A DNA stretch of 64,000 bases from Eledone cirrhosa (taxonomy: Eukaryota), in assembly GCA_964016885.1 (NCBI GenBank), contig OZ024753.1, forward strand, positions 29,016,001 through 29,080,000, in the 5' to 3' direction. Below are positions 1 to 10,717 of the stretch, in pieces. Positions within the stretch are counted from its first letter, which is position 1; each line of letters opens with the position of its first letter. A program made the translations under genes and the position numbers. The notes beneath the pieces are model-generated. The model did no database searches. It saw only the letters and a program-made list of their open reading frames with translations, and had not been told where the DNA came from.

Positions 1-147
1 ATCCTGATCCTTCTTCCGAAATGATATCGGAAGAAACGGACCAGTTGTTGGCCAGAGAGAAAGGTGCCTGACCTCAGTCCTTTCAGACGCGTCCACCATA
101 CAACCTCTTTCGCCATGGCTATTACGCACAGAAACACCGCCTCTGCT

Positions 148-3100
148 TCATCTTTGAAGGGGGGGGGGGCGGGGCGGCTTGATCATTACAATAGACTCGG
201 TGGTCAACCGGATCGGTCCCACCCTTGACAGCAGTTGTTCGACATAGCCCCACAGATCGGCTACGCCCGAGCAGTGTACCAATGCGTGTGCAACGGTTTC
301 CTCGTCGCACACGCATCTGGGACAGATCTTTTTGGCGGGGTCCCTACCCGGGCGCCCGTGTCTGTAGAGCCTTTCTCGAACGGGTAAAGCCCCTCGGTAG
401 CACTGCCAGGCCAGGGACTTCTGGAAGTTGTCCATAGGTCCCGGGCTGAATGTCCTACCGAACAGGCTGGCCAGTTCGTCCTCCTCCATGTCTAGGGCTT
501 CTCCGAGGGCGTCGTCGCACCTGCTGCGTACCAGCCCTCTATAGAATGTTGCGGTGGAGTCTCCACTGATAACCGGATCCGCCTGCCAGAGGGCGGTGAG
601 CGCCTGGGCACACTCAGTGTGCCAGGCGCCCAGTTTTCTCGGTCTTTGCTTGACCCAGGATTGCAGCTCGGTGAGTGAGACGAGTCTGGGAAAGGTTCGT
701 CTCACAAACGAGGCCCACACCGGTTGTCCGGTGAGGAATACGTAGAGGTGCCGTAGCCTTAATGCGTGTTTACGCATCATTAGCCACGGCATCCCCAGCC
801 CTCCTTTCGAAGGGTGTTGACAGCAGATGGATCTCCTCACCATAGGAGCCCGCCTCTTCCAAAGGAATTGGAAGAGCGCGCGCTCCATCTTGGTGAGGGT
901 TTCCCTTGGGCAGGGCACTACGGTCAGGCGGTAGTAGATGACGGACGCTATGTAGGTGTTCGCCACCTCCGCCCGACCTTTCAGGGATAGTTTGCAACTG
1001 GCCCACTTCTGGGTCAGTGCAAACACCCTGTTCGTAACCTCCGCCCAGTTTTTCTCCACCTGGAGGTCCGGTCCGAACCAGACCCCGAGCAACTTCACCG
1101 GGCCCTCCGTCCAGCGTCCGACGACGCCATCGGAGGGCATCGGTCTGCCCCTCCACGTGCCGAGTTGCAAACCGATCGACTTGTCCCGGTTCAGCTTAGC
1201 CCCTGTGAACTTTTCGTACTCCTCCAGTAAGGTGCCGACCGCCTCGATTTCGGAGGCCGTCGACACCATTACTGTCACGTCATCGGCGTAGGCCGACACC
1301 GCTTTCCGCAATCCCGGTTCCAAAGGGATGCCCTGCAACAACTCCAACTTCCGCAGTAGTGGCTCGAGAGTCAACACATACAGAAGGGAGGAGAGAGGGC
1401 ACCCTTGTCGGATGGACCGCGCGATTTTGAACGGCTCCGAGAGGTAGCCGTTCACCTTGACCCTAGAGCAGATGCGGCTGCTGTGCATAGCAGTGATCCA
1501 GCCCCTGAAAACGGGTCCGAAGCCTGCCGCCGCTAGCACCGCATCCAGGTAACCATGGTCGACCCTATCGAACGCCTTAGATTGATCCAAGTTGATCAGA
1601 GCCCCACCAAAGCCGGGTTCGTTCCCAACCCTCTCTATGATGTATCGCATGAGGTGGAGGTTGTCATGGATGGACCTGGACGGGATAGCGCATGTCTGCG
1701 CATCTCCCACCAGGTTGCCCACGACAAGCGCCAACCTCTTTGCTAGCACCTTGGCCAAAATCTGTAACTCTGTATTTAGCAGTGTTATGGGCCTGAAGTT
1801 ACTTATTTCGTCCCCCTTGTTCTCGTCCTTCCTCACTAGCGTGACTACGCCCTTGGTCACAGTACAGGGAATTCTCCCGTTCTGTTGCCAGTTGCAGTAG
1901 ACCGCCTCGAGGAGATCGGGGAACAAGTCCGGCATAGCTAGATATAATTCGTAAGGAAGACCATCGAGACCCGGGGATTTGCGTTTGCCGCATTGGCTCA
2001 GCACGTCCTCTATCTCAGCGGCCGAAATCGGCTCCTCGCAGGACTTCGCCTCCCTGTCCGAGAGGCGCGGCAGGCCGTCGAGGTATGGACCGAAGTCCAC
2101 GTTCCCAACCGGCTCCCCGCCCCTCCCGAACAGTCGGGCAAAGTGCCTTTGAAAGGCCTCACACATCTGCTTAGGCTCAAGAATCGCCCGTCCATCCAGG
2201 TCTCGCAAAGACCGGATGGTGGATTTAGTTCCACTGTTGGCCTCTGTCACGCGGGCCCAGCTAACAGCTTTGGTCCCCTCGTTCCCTAGAGCACGTATTT
2301 TACTTCGGACAACGCAGCCTTCGTGCTTCGCGTCGAAAAACTGGCTCAAAGCCGTTCTCGACGCTAGCACTCTGGCCACGTCGCCGCTTCTAATTGCCTC
2401 TTCTACTCTATCTATTAGCTCCCTTTCCTTCCTATTCCTATCCGCAGCTAGAACCTTACTAAATTCTATCGAGACTACTCTAATCTCTCTCTTTAGAGAT
2501 ACCCACCACCTGCTGTTGACGATCGCTCCAGTCAACCGTTCCTTAACTAACGTACTAATCCGATTCCTGTAGGCTCTACTTGCCGGCAAGGACAAGTTGA
2601 GCTTCCAGTAACCGGGGCCCTGTCTATGAGTTCTGTCAAGGTTGACCATGCAGGTCACTAATTTGTGGTCTGAATAGCCAACCATGCGCATTTTTGGACA
2701 ACTTAAAAAGTCCTTATCCTTAATTCTAACTAAGAACCTATCTAGGTACGACCTAGATGATCCGCTACGATTTGCCCAAGTCCAGGTTGGCGCAGTCGGA
2801 AAATCTAGTCGATATCTATCGGCCAGGTCAAATCGACCGATTAACCCTTTGAGGCTATTACACCCCTCTCTATCGGGGCAGGCCCCTACGTAGTCCCAGC
2901 GTGCATCTAGGATACCATTCCAGTCCCCCACTAATAGCAAGGAGCGGGACGTCCCTAGAAAAGTCTCCAGACGATGGAAGAAGTCCGGCCGCATTGACCC
3001 GAAAGGGCCGTAGGCGGCTACCAACCTAAACGCTCCGCCTTTACCACTGCCAAGGTCCAGAACCACTAGTCGACCCTCCGGGTCCAAATGTACCATCTGT

Positions 3101-3345
3101 GTTGCGAGACCCAGATGTTTTTGCAGCAGAACGACAACTCCACCCCCACCTCCGGGCTGACAGAGAGATGCGTGCATCTCAAAGTCATCAAAGGTGGGGG
3201 CCAGCTGTCGCACGTTGCTGATCCGGGCCTCGCAAATAACCATCACATCTATACGTTGTGACCTGAGGTCATTTAGAAGCATTGCTTGCTTCCAAGTTGA
3301 GCCCAGGCCACGCGCATTTAAACAGCCTACTCTTAGCATAGCCAT
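148..3345 (-). CDS. Tx1 ORF2 (APE endonuclease + reverse transcriptase + CCHC), frameshifted in a G-run at ~159-176
   Basis: First ATG at 3345 (MAMLRVGCLNARGL). APE motifs GDWN, SYLDRF, SDH. RT YADD intact. CPRC..ETVAHALVHC. Copy B reads GGGGGGAGGCGGC where A has a longer G-run, so the true ORF continues past position 1. Confidence 0.92.
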   Translation of the reverse strand: MAMLRVGCLNARGLGSTWKQAMLLNDLRSQRIDVMVICEARISNVRQLAPTFDDFEMHASLCQPGGGGGVVVLLQKHLGLATQMVHLDPEGRLVVLDLGSGKGGAFRLVAAYGPFGSMRPDFFHRLETFLGTSRSLLLVGDWNGILDARWDYVGACPDREGCNSLKGLIGRFDLADRYRLDFPTAPTWTWANRSGSSRSYLDRFLVRIKDKDFLSCPKMRMVGYSDHKLVTCMVNLDRTHRQGPGYWKLNLSLPASRAYRNRISTLVKERLTGAIVNSRWWVSLKREIRVVSIEFSKVLAADRNRKERELIDRVEEAIRSGDVARVLASRTALSQFFDAKHEGCVVRSKIRALGNEGTKAVSWARVTEANSGTKSTIRSLRDLDGRAILEPKQMCEAFQRHFARLFGRGGEPVGNVDFGPYLDGLPRLSDREAKSCEEPISAAEIEDVLSQCGKRKSPGLDGLPYELYLAMPDLFPDLLEAVYCNWQQNGRIPCTVTKGVVTLVRKDENKGDEISNFRPITLLNTELQILAKVLAKRLALVVGNLVGDAQTCAIPSRSIHDNLHLMRYIIERVGNEPGFGGALINLDQSKAFDRVDHGYLDAVLAAAGFGPVFRGWITAMHSSRICSRVKVNGYLSEPFKIARSIRQGCPLSSLLYVLTLEPLLRKLELLQGIPLEPGLRKAVSAYADDVTVMVSTASEIEAVGTLLEEYEKFTGAKLNRDKSIGLQLGTWRGRPMPSDGVVGRWTEGPVKLLGVWFGPDLQVEKNWAEVTNRVFALTQKWASCKLSLKGRAEVANTYIASVIYYRLTVVPCPRETLTKMERALFQFLWKRRAPMVRRSICCQHPSKGGLGMPWLMMRKHALRLRHLYVFLTGQPVWASFVRRTFPRLVSLTELQSWVKQRPRKLGAWHTECAQALTALWQADPVISGDSTATFYRGLVRSRCDDALGEALDMEEDELASLFGRTFSPGPMDNFQKSLAWQCYRGALPVRERLYRHGRPGRDPAKKICPRCVCDEETVAHALVHCSGVADLWGYVEQLLSRVGPIRLTTESIVMIKPPRPPPLQR

Positions 3346-3369
3346 GTTGGTGGTGAAGAGAAAAGGCAC

Positions 3370-5140
3370 TTACCTCTCTGCGTCCCGTGTATCGGGCTGC
3401 ACAATTTCCATTAGGGTGGGGGATGGGTTGTTGGGTGGGGTGGTGGTTTGTGGAAGTGTGGGGGCATCAGTGTATTGTGTGGTTGGGGAGCTTGGAGTTG
3501 TGTGGGTGTTTGGGGAGGGGGTGGGATAGTTTTTTAGGAGGACGCGGTTAATGGGCCCGACGCAGGGGGGACCCACGTCCTCTTTAAAATTGTTTTTTAA
3601 AGTTTTATAGGTGTCCTGTGGGGCCTTAATCATTTTGAGGTGGGGGAAATCCCCTGCCTGGGTGAAGTTAGGCCCTTGTGTTTTTATTAGATTGTTGTTG
3701 TACACAATGTTTAACAGTTTTTTGTTTCTTGTATTTATGTATGTGTATGCATGTTTTTGTTTTTGTGTGGTGTTTTTTGTTTGCTGTTGTTGTGAGCTCT
3801 TTTGTGTTGGTGTCAGTGTTGTTTTGGGGAGGGTTTTTTTTCATTTGTGTGTCTGAGGTGTGTTTTCTTTTTTTTCTTTTGATTGTGTGGAAGTGCTCCT
3901 CCTCGTCTGACGACGAACTAGGGTCATCTTCCGCGTTGGAGGGGAGGGGTATATTTTCGGGTTGTGTTTGCGGTACGGGTGTTTTGGAAATTGTTTTTGT
4001 TTTTTGAGTGGAGGGGATGGGTTGGACATTGTTTTGTTTTGGTTTGAGCTGTGGTGGTTGTTTTTGTAGTGGTGATTGTGTTGGTTGTGCAGTTGTTGGT
4101 GGTGTAGGCAGGATTGGGGTTTTCTTATTAAGTTGGGGACAGACAGCCCTCAGGTGACCTCTGGTTCCGCAGAGGTAACACGAGGGCCGTCTACCCTCAA
4201 CGGTAATGTTGATGAAGGTTAGATCATCCAGTATGACGCGTTCAGAGATCTGGGCGATCCTTTCGGGCCTCATTTGAACTACAAGTTCGAGGCTCGTTCC
4301 ACTGAACGCGTCACCCGATGCCTTTCCCATGGACACCAGCATGTCATCCTCCAGGTCCAGAAAACCTGTCAAAACCCACCATATGTCCATAATCGGCAGG
4401 ATGGTGTGGATTTTTATTTTTTGTGTTCTTCTACCCATGTACGTAGGGTAGAAGGTGTATGCGGTGGATGTGATTGGTTTGATGGACAGTTTCACTGCTG
4501 TGTCCCTGTCCTTCATGAGAATGGATAGACTCCCGTAGAGTCTATCCTTCTGAATGAAGGTGATGTCCTTCATGACGTCTTTTAAAACCAGCTCTATCTC
4601 GCTCTGTGATGGTTGAGCTGGTTTTTTACTTTTGTTCGAGATTGTCCTAAACATGACCGTGTTTAGGAGTCTCTGGCTTTTTAGTTCCGGGGGGGAATGG
4701 ATTGTGAATGAACCATTTTCCCCGTACACTATATATTTTTTCGCATCCGCCAGTAGCTCCTTCGCTTTTGTTATATCTACTGGCAGATAGTCGAGGGTTT
4801 TCCTTGTCGTCTCGGCGAAGGAGAAATTTTGTTTGTTTGTGTTGTTGTTGTCGTTGGTGGTGTTGTTGTTATCATTGTTGTTGTTGTCACCGTTATTGGT
4901 CTTGTTGTTGTTGTTATTGTTATTGGTGTTGTTTTCGTCCATCGCATTGTTGTTGTTGTTGCTGCTGGTTCTTTGGGTTGTTGCCATGGCAACGTCAAGT
5001 TGTCGGTTAACAGGTGGAGAGAATTCTTCCTCTGGCTGACCTTTCTTCTTGACCTCTGCTACTGTGACAGTGGCAGGGGGAAGTTGTAAGTTCATCTTCC
5101 CCTTTCCTCCTTCGAATTTTGGTGAAGAAGCTTCAGCCAT
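3370..5140 (-). CDS. Tx1 ORF1 (nucleic-acid-binding protein), split by one frameshift near 3700-3840
   Basis: ORF 3668..5140 has an Asn-rich N-terminus, CYLCGTRGHLRAVC zinc knuckle and a Pro/Thr/Lys-rich tail. An overlapping open frame continues to the TAA at 3370-3372, directly before ORF2. Confidence 0.8.
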
Positions 5141-5366
5141 TTAAAAAAAATATTGACTCTTCAACAAGAAAAAACTTTTTTTTTTGTTTAACTATTTCGC
5201 CTAAAGGCGTAGAATATTTTGAGAGACTGACCAGATCAAAGTTTGACCTGGCAGTCCCTCTACAAAATGGTACAAAAATTAAAGTTATCAGACAAGAATT
5301 TCTATAGAAATTTAAACAGAACTTACTCAGCAAGTTATACGCGTGTGTCCATCCCAGAGATAGATA

Positions 5367-6356
5367 TATTTCTTTTATTTGCCACTAGGGCATCAAAAGT
5401 GGGACAAATACAAAGGGGGGAGTTTACACAAAAAGGCGTCCTCAATAAGGAGGAGGCAATAACAAAATATAAAAATAAAATAAGATATAACAAAAAATAA
5501 AATTTTTAACAAAATCCTCAATAGAGAGGAGGCGCCTTGGGGGGTCGCACACACCCCCGAAAAAAGTGTGCAACCCTTCTCCTCAGGAGCACAGAGAAGG
5601 GGTGCTCCCTTGGTCTTTCATCTTCCTCACCTATAGTCTGATGTAGAGTGAAGGCCCATTCACACGGGCCATTCTCGCCACTTTCACCCATCTTTCATAG
5701 AAACGGCTGGGGTGCAGCACCTCTCTCTCCATCCTGATCCTTCTTCCGAAATGATATCGGAAGAAACGGACCAGTTGTTGGCCAGAGAGAAAGGTGCCCG
5801 ACCTCAGTCCTTTCAGACGCGTCCACCATACAACCTCTTTCGCCATGGCTATTACGCACAGAAACACCGCCTCTGCTTCATCTTTGAAGGGGGGAGGCGG
5901 CTTGATCATTACAATAGACTCGGTGGTCAACCGGATCGGTCCCACCCTTGACAGCAGTTGTTCGACATAGCCCCACAGATCGGCTACGCCCGAGCAGTGT
6001 ACTAATGCGTGTGCAACGGTTTCCTCGTCGCACACGCATCTGGGACAGATCTTTTTGGCGGGGTCCCTACCCGGGCGCCCGTGTCTGTAGAGCCTTTCTC
6101 GAACGGGTAAAGCCCCTCGGTAGCACTGCCAGGCCAGGGACTTCTGGAAGTTGTCCATAGGTCCCGGGCTGAATGTCCTACCGAACAGGCTGGCCAGTTC
6201 GTCCTCCTCCATGTCTAGGGCTTCTCCGAGGGCGTCGTCGCACCTGCTGCGTACCAGCCCTCTATAGAATGTTGCGGTGGAGTCTCCACTGACAACCGGA
6301 TCCGCCTGCCAGAGGGCGGTGAGCGCCTGGGCACACTCAGTGTGCCAGGCGCCCAG
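5367..6356 (-). mobile_element. 5'-truncated Tx1 copy B (ORF2 C-terminus + 3'UTR)
   Basis: 5731-6356 is almost identical to 1-631. Stop at 5631. 3'UTR ends AATAAAAGAAATA. Flanked by CCCAGAGATAGATA at 5353-5366 and 6352-6365. Confidence 0.93.
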
Positions 6357-6707
6357 AGATAGATAGAAGGTAGATAGATATGTAGGTAGGTAGATAGGTA
6401 GATAGGTAGGTAGATAGGTAGGTAGGTAGATAGGTAGGTAGGTAGATAGGTAGGTAGGTAGATAGGTAGATAGATAGGTAGATAGGTAGGTAGGTAGATA
6501 GGTAGATAGGTAGATAGTTAGGTAGATAGATAGGTAGGTAGATAGGTAGATAGATAGGTAGGTAGGTAGATAGGTAGATAGTTAGGTAGATAGATAGGTA
6601 GATAGTTAGGTAGATAGGTAGGTAGATAGGTAGATAGTTAGGTAGATAGTTAGGTAGATAGTTAGGTAGATAGTTAGGTAGATAGGTAGGTAGATAGGTA
6701 GATAGAT
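6357..6707. repeat. (TAGA/TAGG)n compound tetranucleotide microsatellite, the Tx1 target tract
   Basis: Read directly. Shorter tracts of the same type lie between the following Tx1 pieces (6738-6758, 6884-6939, 7296-7335, 9515-9572). Confidence 0.95.
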
Positions 6708-6737
6708 ATATTTCTTTTATTTGCCACTAGGGCATCA
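6708..6737 (-). mobile_element. Tx1 copy C, ~30-bp extreme 3' end only
   Basis: TTTCTTTTATTTGCCACTAGGGCATCA is identical to the 3' terminus of copy B and sits within the TAGA/TAGG tract. Confidence 0.8.
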
Positions 6738-6758
6738 TAGATAGGTAGGTAGATAGAT

Positions 6759-6883
6759 ATGTTTCTTTTATTTGCCACTAGGGCATCAAAAGTGGGACAA
6801 GTACAAAGGGGGAGTTTACACAAAAAGGCGTCCTCAATAAGGAGGAGGCAATAACAAAATATAAAAATAAAATAAGATATAAC
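6759..6883 (-). mobile_element. Tx1 copy D, ~125-bp 3'UTR fragment
   Basis: Near-identical to 5367-5491. Confidence 0.88.
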
Positions 6884-6939
6884 TAGATAGATAGATAGGT
6901 AGATAGATAGATAGGTAGGTAGATAGGTAGATAGATAGA

Positions 6940-7295
6940 TTTCTTTATTAGCCACAAGGGCGCAACAAGAAAAGGGGACAATACAAAGACATGCCGGGGA
7001 TTTTACATACAGTCGTGTAAAAAATATAAAAACAAACAATTTCAACAATCGAAATCCCCAATAGGGGGGATGCGCCACAAATGGGTTGTTTAATACCCCG
7101 TCGATAGAACAACCCTCAACTCAAGGAGCGTGTTGTGCAAGTGCTCCTTTCTTCCTTTTGCTCTCTTCCTCAACCTTATAAACAGAGAAGGCCCAATCAC
7201 TCGGGCCATTTTCGCTTCATTCACCCACCTTTCAGTAAATTTACTGGGGTGCAGTGCCTCTCTCTCCACCCTGATTCTTCTTCTAAAGTGATACT
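6940..7295 (-). mobile_element. Tx1 copy E, divergent subfamily, 5'-truncated
   Basis: Encodes KYHFRRRIRVEREALHPSKFTERWVNEAKMARVIGPSLFIRL, homologous to the ORF2 end. 3'UTR differs but has a similar GCC-N5-GGC + AATAAA terminus. Confidence 0.85.
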
Positions 7296-7335
7296 TAGAT
7301 AGGTAGATAGATAGGTAGGTAGATAGGTAGGTAGA

Positions 7336-9514
7336 TATGTTTCTTTTATTTGCCACCAGGGCATCAAAAGTGGGACAAGTACAATGGGGGGAGTTTAAAT
7401 AACAAGGCGTCCTCAATAAGGAGGAGGCAATAACAAAATATAAAAATAAAATAAAATATAACAAGATAAAATTTATAACAAAGCCCTCAATAGAGGGGAG
7501 GCGCCTTGGGGGGGGGGGGGGTCACACACACCCCCGAAAAAAAGTGTGCAACCCTTCTCCTCAGGAGCACAGAGAAGGGGTGCTCCCTTGGTCTTTCATC
7601 TTCCTCACCTATAGTCTGATGTAGAGTGAAGGCCCATTCACACGGGCCATTCTCGCCACTTTCACCCATCTTTCATAAAAACGGCTGGGGTGCAGCACCT
7701 CTCTCTCCATCCTGATCCTTCTTCCGAAATGATATCGGAAGAAACGGACCAGTTGTTGGCCAGAGAGAAAGGTGTCTGACCTCAGTCCTTTCAGACGCGT
7801 CCACCATACAACCTCTTTCGCCATGGCTATTACGCACAGAAACACCGCCTCTCCTTCGTTTTTGAAGAGGAGAGGCGGCTTGATCGTTACAATAGACTCG
7901 GTGGTCAACCGGATCGGTCCCACCCTTGACAGCAGTTGTTCGACATAGCCCCACAGATCGGCAATGCCCGAGCAGTGTACCAATGCGTGTGCAACGGTTT
8001 CCTCGTCGCACACGCATCTGGGACAGATCTTTTTCGATGGGTCCCTACCCGGGCGCCCGTGTCTGTAGAGCCTTTCTCGAACGGGCAGATCCCTTCTGTA
8101 GCATTGCCAGGCCAGGGACCTCTGGAAGTTATCCATGGGTCCCGGGCTGAATGTCCTACCGAACAAGTTGGCCAGTTCGTCTTCCTCCATGCCTAGGGCT
8201 TCTCCGAGGGCGTCGTCGCACCTGCTAACCACCAGCCCTCTATAGAATGACGAGGTGGATTCTCCACTGACAGCTGGGTCCGCCTGCCAGAGGGCGGTGA
8301 GCGCCTGGGCACACTCGGTGTGCCATGCGCCCAGTTTTCTCGGTCTTTGCTTGACCCAGGATTGCAGCTCGGTGAGTGAGACGAGTCTGGGAAAGGCTCG
8401 CCTCACAAACGGGGCCCACACCGGTTGACCGGAGAGGAATACCTGGAGGTGCCGTAGCCTTAATGCATGTTTACGTATCATTAGCCACGGCATCCCCAGC
8501 CCTCCTTTCGAAGGGTGTTGACAGCAGATGGATCTGCTCACCATAGGAGCCCGCTTCTTCCAAAGGAATTGGAAGAGTGCGCGCTCCATTTTGGCGAGCG
8601 TTTCCCTTGGGCAAGGCACAACGGTCAGGCGGTAGTAGATGACGGACGCTATATAAGTGTTCGCCACCTCCGCCCGACCTTTCAGGGACAGTTTGCACTC
8701 GGCCCACTTCTGGGTCAGTGCAAACACCCTGTTCGTTACCTCACCCCAGTTCTTCTCCACCTGGAGGTCTGGTCCGAACCAGACCCCGAGCAACTTCACC
8801 GGGCCCTCCGCCCAGCGCCCGACGACGCCATCGGAGGGCATCGATCTGCCCCTCCACGTGCCGAGTTGCAGACCGATCGACTTGTCCCGGTTCAGCTTAG
8901 CCCCTGTAAACCTTTCGTACTCCTCCAGTAAGGTGCCGATCGCCCCGATTTCCGAGGCCGTAGACACCTTTACTGTTACGTCGTTGTAGGCCGACACCGC
9001 TTTCCGCAATCCCGGTTCCAACGGGATGCCCTGCAACAACTCCAACTTCCGCAGCAGTGGCTCTAGAGTCATTACATACAGAAGGGAGGAGAGAGGGCAC
9101 CCTTGTCGGATGGACCGCGCGATTTCGAACGGCTCCGAGAGGTAGCCGTTCACCTTGACCCTAGAGCAGATGCGGCTGCTGTGCATGGCATTGATCCAGC
9201 CCCTGAAAACGGGTCCGAAACCTGCCGCCGCTAGCACCGCATCCAGGTAACCATGGTCGACCCTATCGAATGCCTTAGATTGATCCAAGTTGATCAGGGC
9301 CCCACCAAAGCCGGGTTCGTTCCCAACTCTCTCTATGATGTATCGCATGAGGTGGAGGTTGTCGTTGATGGACCTGGACGGGATAGCACATGTCTGCGCA
9401 TCTCCCACCAGGTTGCCCACGACAAGCGCCAACCCCTTTGCTAGCACCTTGGCCAAAATCTGTAACTCTGTATTTAGCAGAGTTATGGGCCTGAAATTAT
9501 TTATATCGTCCCCC
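7336..9514 (-). pseudogene. Tx1 copy F, 5'-truncated inside the RT; catalytic YADD changed to YND
   Basis: Aligns to copy A from ~1816 downward with scattered substitutions. AVSAYNDVTV versus AVSAYADDVTV. Same 3'UTR as copy B. Confidence 0.92.
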
Positions 9515-9572
9515 GGTAGATAGGTAGGTAGGTAGATAGGTAGGTAGATAGGTAGGTAGATATGTAGATAGA

Positions 9573-9613
9573 TATGTTTCTTTATTAGCCACAGGGGCAC
9601 AAAAGAAGGGGAT
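9573..9613 (-). mobile_element. Tx1 copy G, ~40-bp 3' end resembling subfamily E
   Basis: TTTCTTTATTAGCCACAGGGGCACAAAAGAAGGGGA resembles 6940-6978. Confidence 0.7.
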
Positions 9614-10532
9614 ATGTAGATAAATAGAAAGATAGATAAATACAAGAGTAGTTAGAAAGATAGATAAAAAGATAGATAAATACAGATACCAAAAAACAAA
9701 CAAAAAAACAAACATGAATGGAAAGAAAGATATATGGAAAAACACCGAGATGGAATGAAAGAAATGCATGAATAAATAAATAATTAATAAGAACAAGAGA
9801 ATGAAATAAAGAAGTGAAGATATATTAAATGAAAGATATATTGACAGAAAAAAAATACATACATAAAAAGATCGAAAGCACGAATTGAATAACCACTTCG
9901 GATCAAAATATGGCCATCGAAATGTTTGGATAACACTCAACTGCTGATAAATCTCCTGTCGGAATCTTTCTTGTTAACAGTCGGAATCGTAAAGTAAAAC
10001 ATGACAACTACAATCTAGTTATCATAAAACTTACTCAACCTAACTTTATACTCATCTACAAGAGATACTTGAAGGTTGTGATTAAAAAGGTTTCTTTTAA
10101 GAGATACTGTAACTAGATAGTTTCAAATGTCTCCTCTAAACCAACATCTCTTGCTGAAGTACCAAAGAATAATCAACAACAACTGTAACAACAATATCTT
10201 TGTGAAAAATGCTATTTTACTACATTGAGAAAACGAAGCTATGAAAAATACTTCTTTCTTCCAAAAATTATCTCTGAGACATACATCTCTCACCATTTCT
10301 TCACAACACATTGTCTAATTTCTAGATCTGTACTAAATAAGTATCGTCCTTTTGCCTTTCCACAAATGCCTCTATCCCCGCTGCTAAAAGTCTCGCAGTG
10401 GTGAGGGAAATTGTGGCTCAATAAAGGAGCCAATGGTAGTGTCTCTATGTAGTTGATTGGCATGCTAAAAATAGTAACATCTTTCTCAGATCACACTCTA
10501 CTTTATTAGAGTGTGATCTAATCCAAGATAAT

Positions 10533-10717
10533 TGTTTCTACTTTAGGCACAAGGCCAGCAATTACCCAGTGCATTACTGGTACTTTATTTTATCGACCCC
10601 GTAAGGATGAAAGGCAAAGTCAACCTCGGCGGGATTTGAACTCAGATCGTAAAGGGACGTAACTATGCTGGAAAGCATGGCGTCCGACCCTCTACTGATA
10701 CTGCCAATCCACCGCCC
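10533..10717 (-). mobile_element. tRNA-derived SINE with a Meta-domain-like core
   Basis: B-box GAGTTCAAATCC and core GCCTTTCATCCTTACGGGGTCGATAAAATAAAGTACCAG. 16-bp TSD TCTA(A/G)TCCAAGATAAT. Related copies at ~32140-32260, 33340-33455, 35880-35945, 42050-42225, 44935-45105 (TSD ATAAACAAAGAATAAT), 49225-49315, 54133-54220, 60615-60765. Confidence 0.8.

Larger units (their letters stand above)
1..5357 (-). mobile_element. Near full-length Tx1-clade (L1 superfamily) non-LTR retrotransposon, copy A; 3' end runs off the left edge
   Basis: 5'UTR ~5141-5357, then ORF1 with a CCHC knuckle and ORF2 with APE endonuclease, RT and C-terminal CCHC. ORF2 motifs (GPGYWKLN, KSPGLDGL, LDQSKAFDRV, RQGCPLS, YADD, LSLKGR, GGLG) fit L1/Tx1. 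Confidence 0.93.

Noticed and set aside
225-5089. Many short + strand and alternate-frame ORFs over the Tx1
   Set aside because: Shadows of ORF1/ORF2 with no independent motifs.
9515-9645. N-terminal extension of the 678-aa ORF
   Set aside because: Reads through microsatellite (YLPIYLP) upstream of a 5'-truncated, YADD-defective copy.
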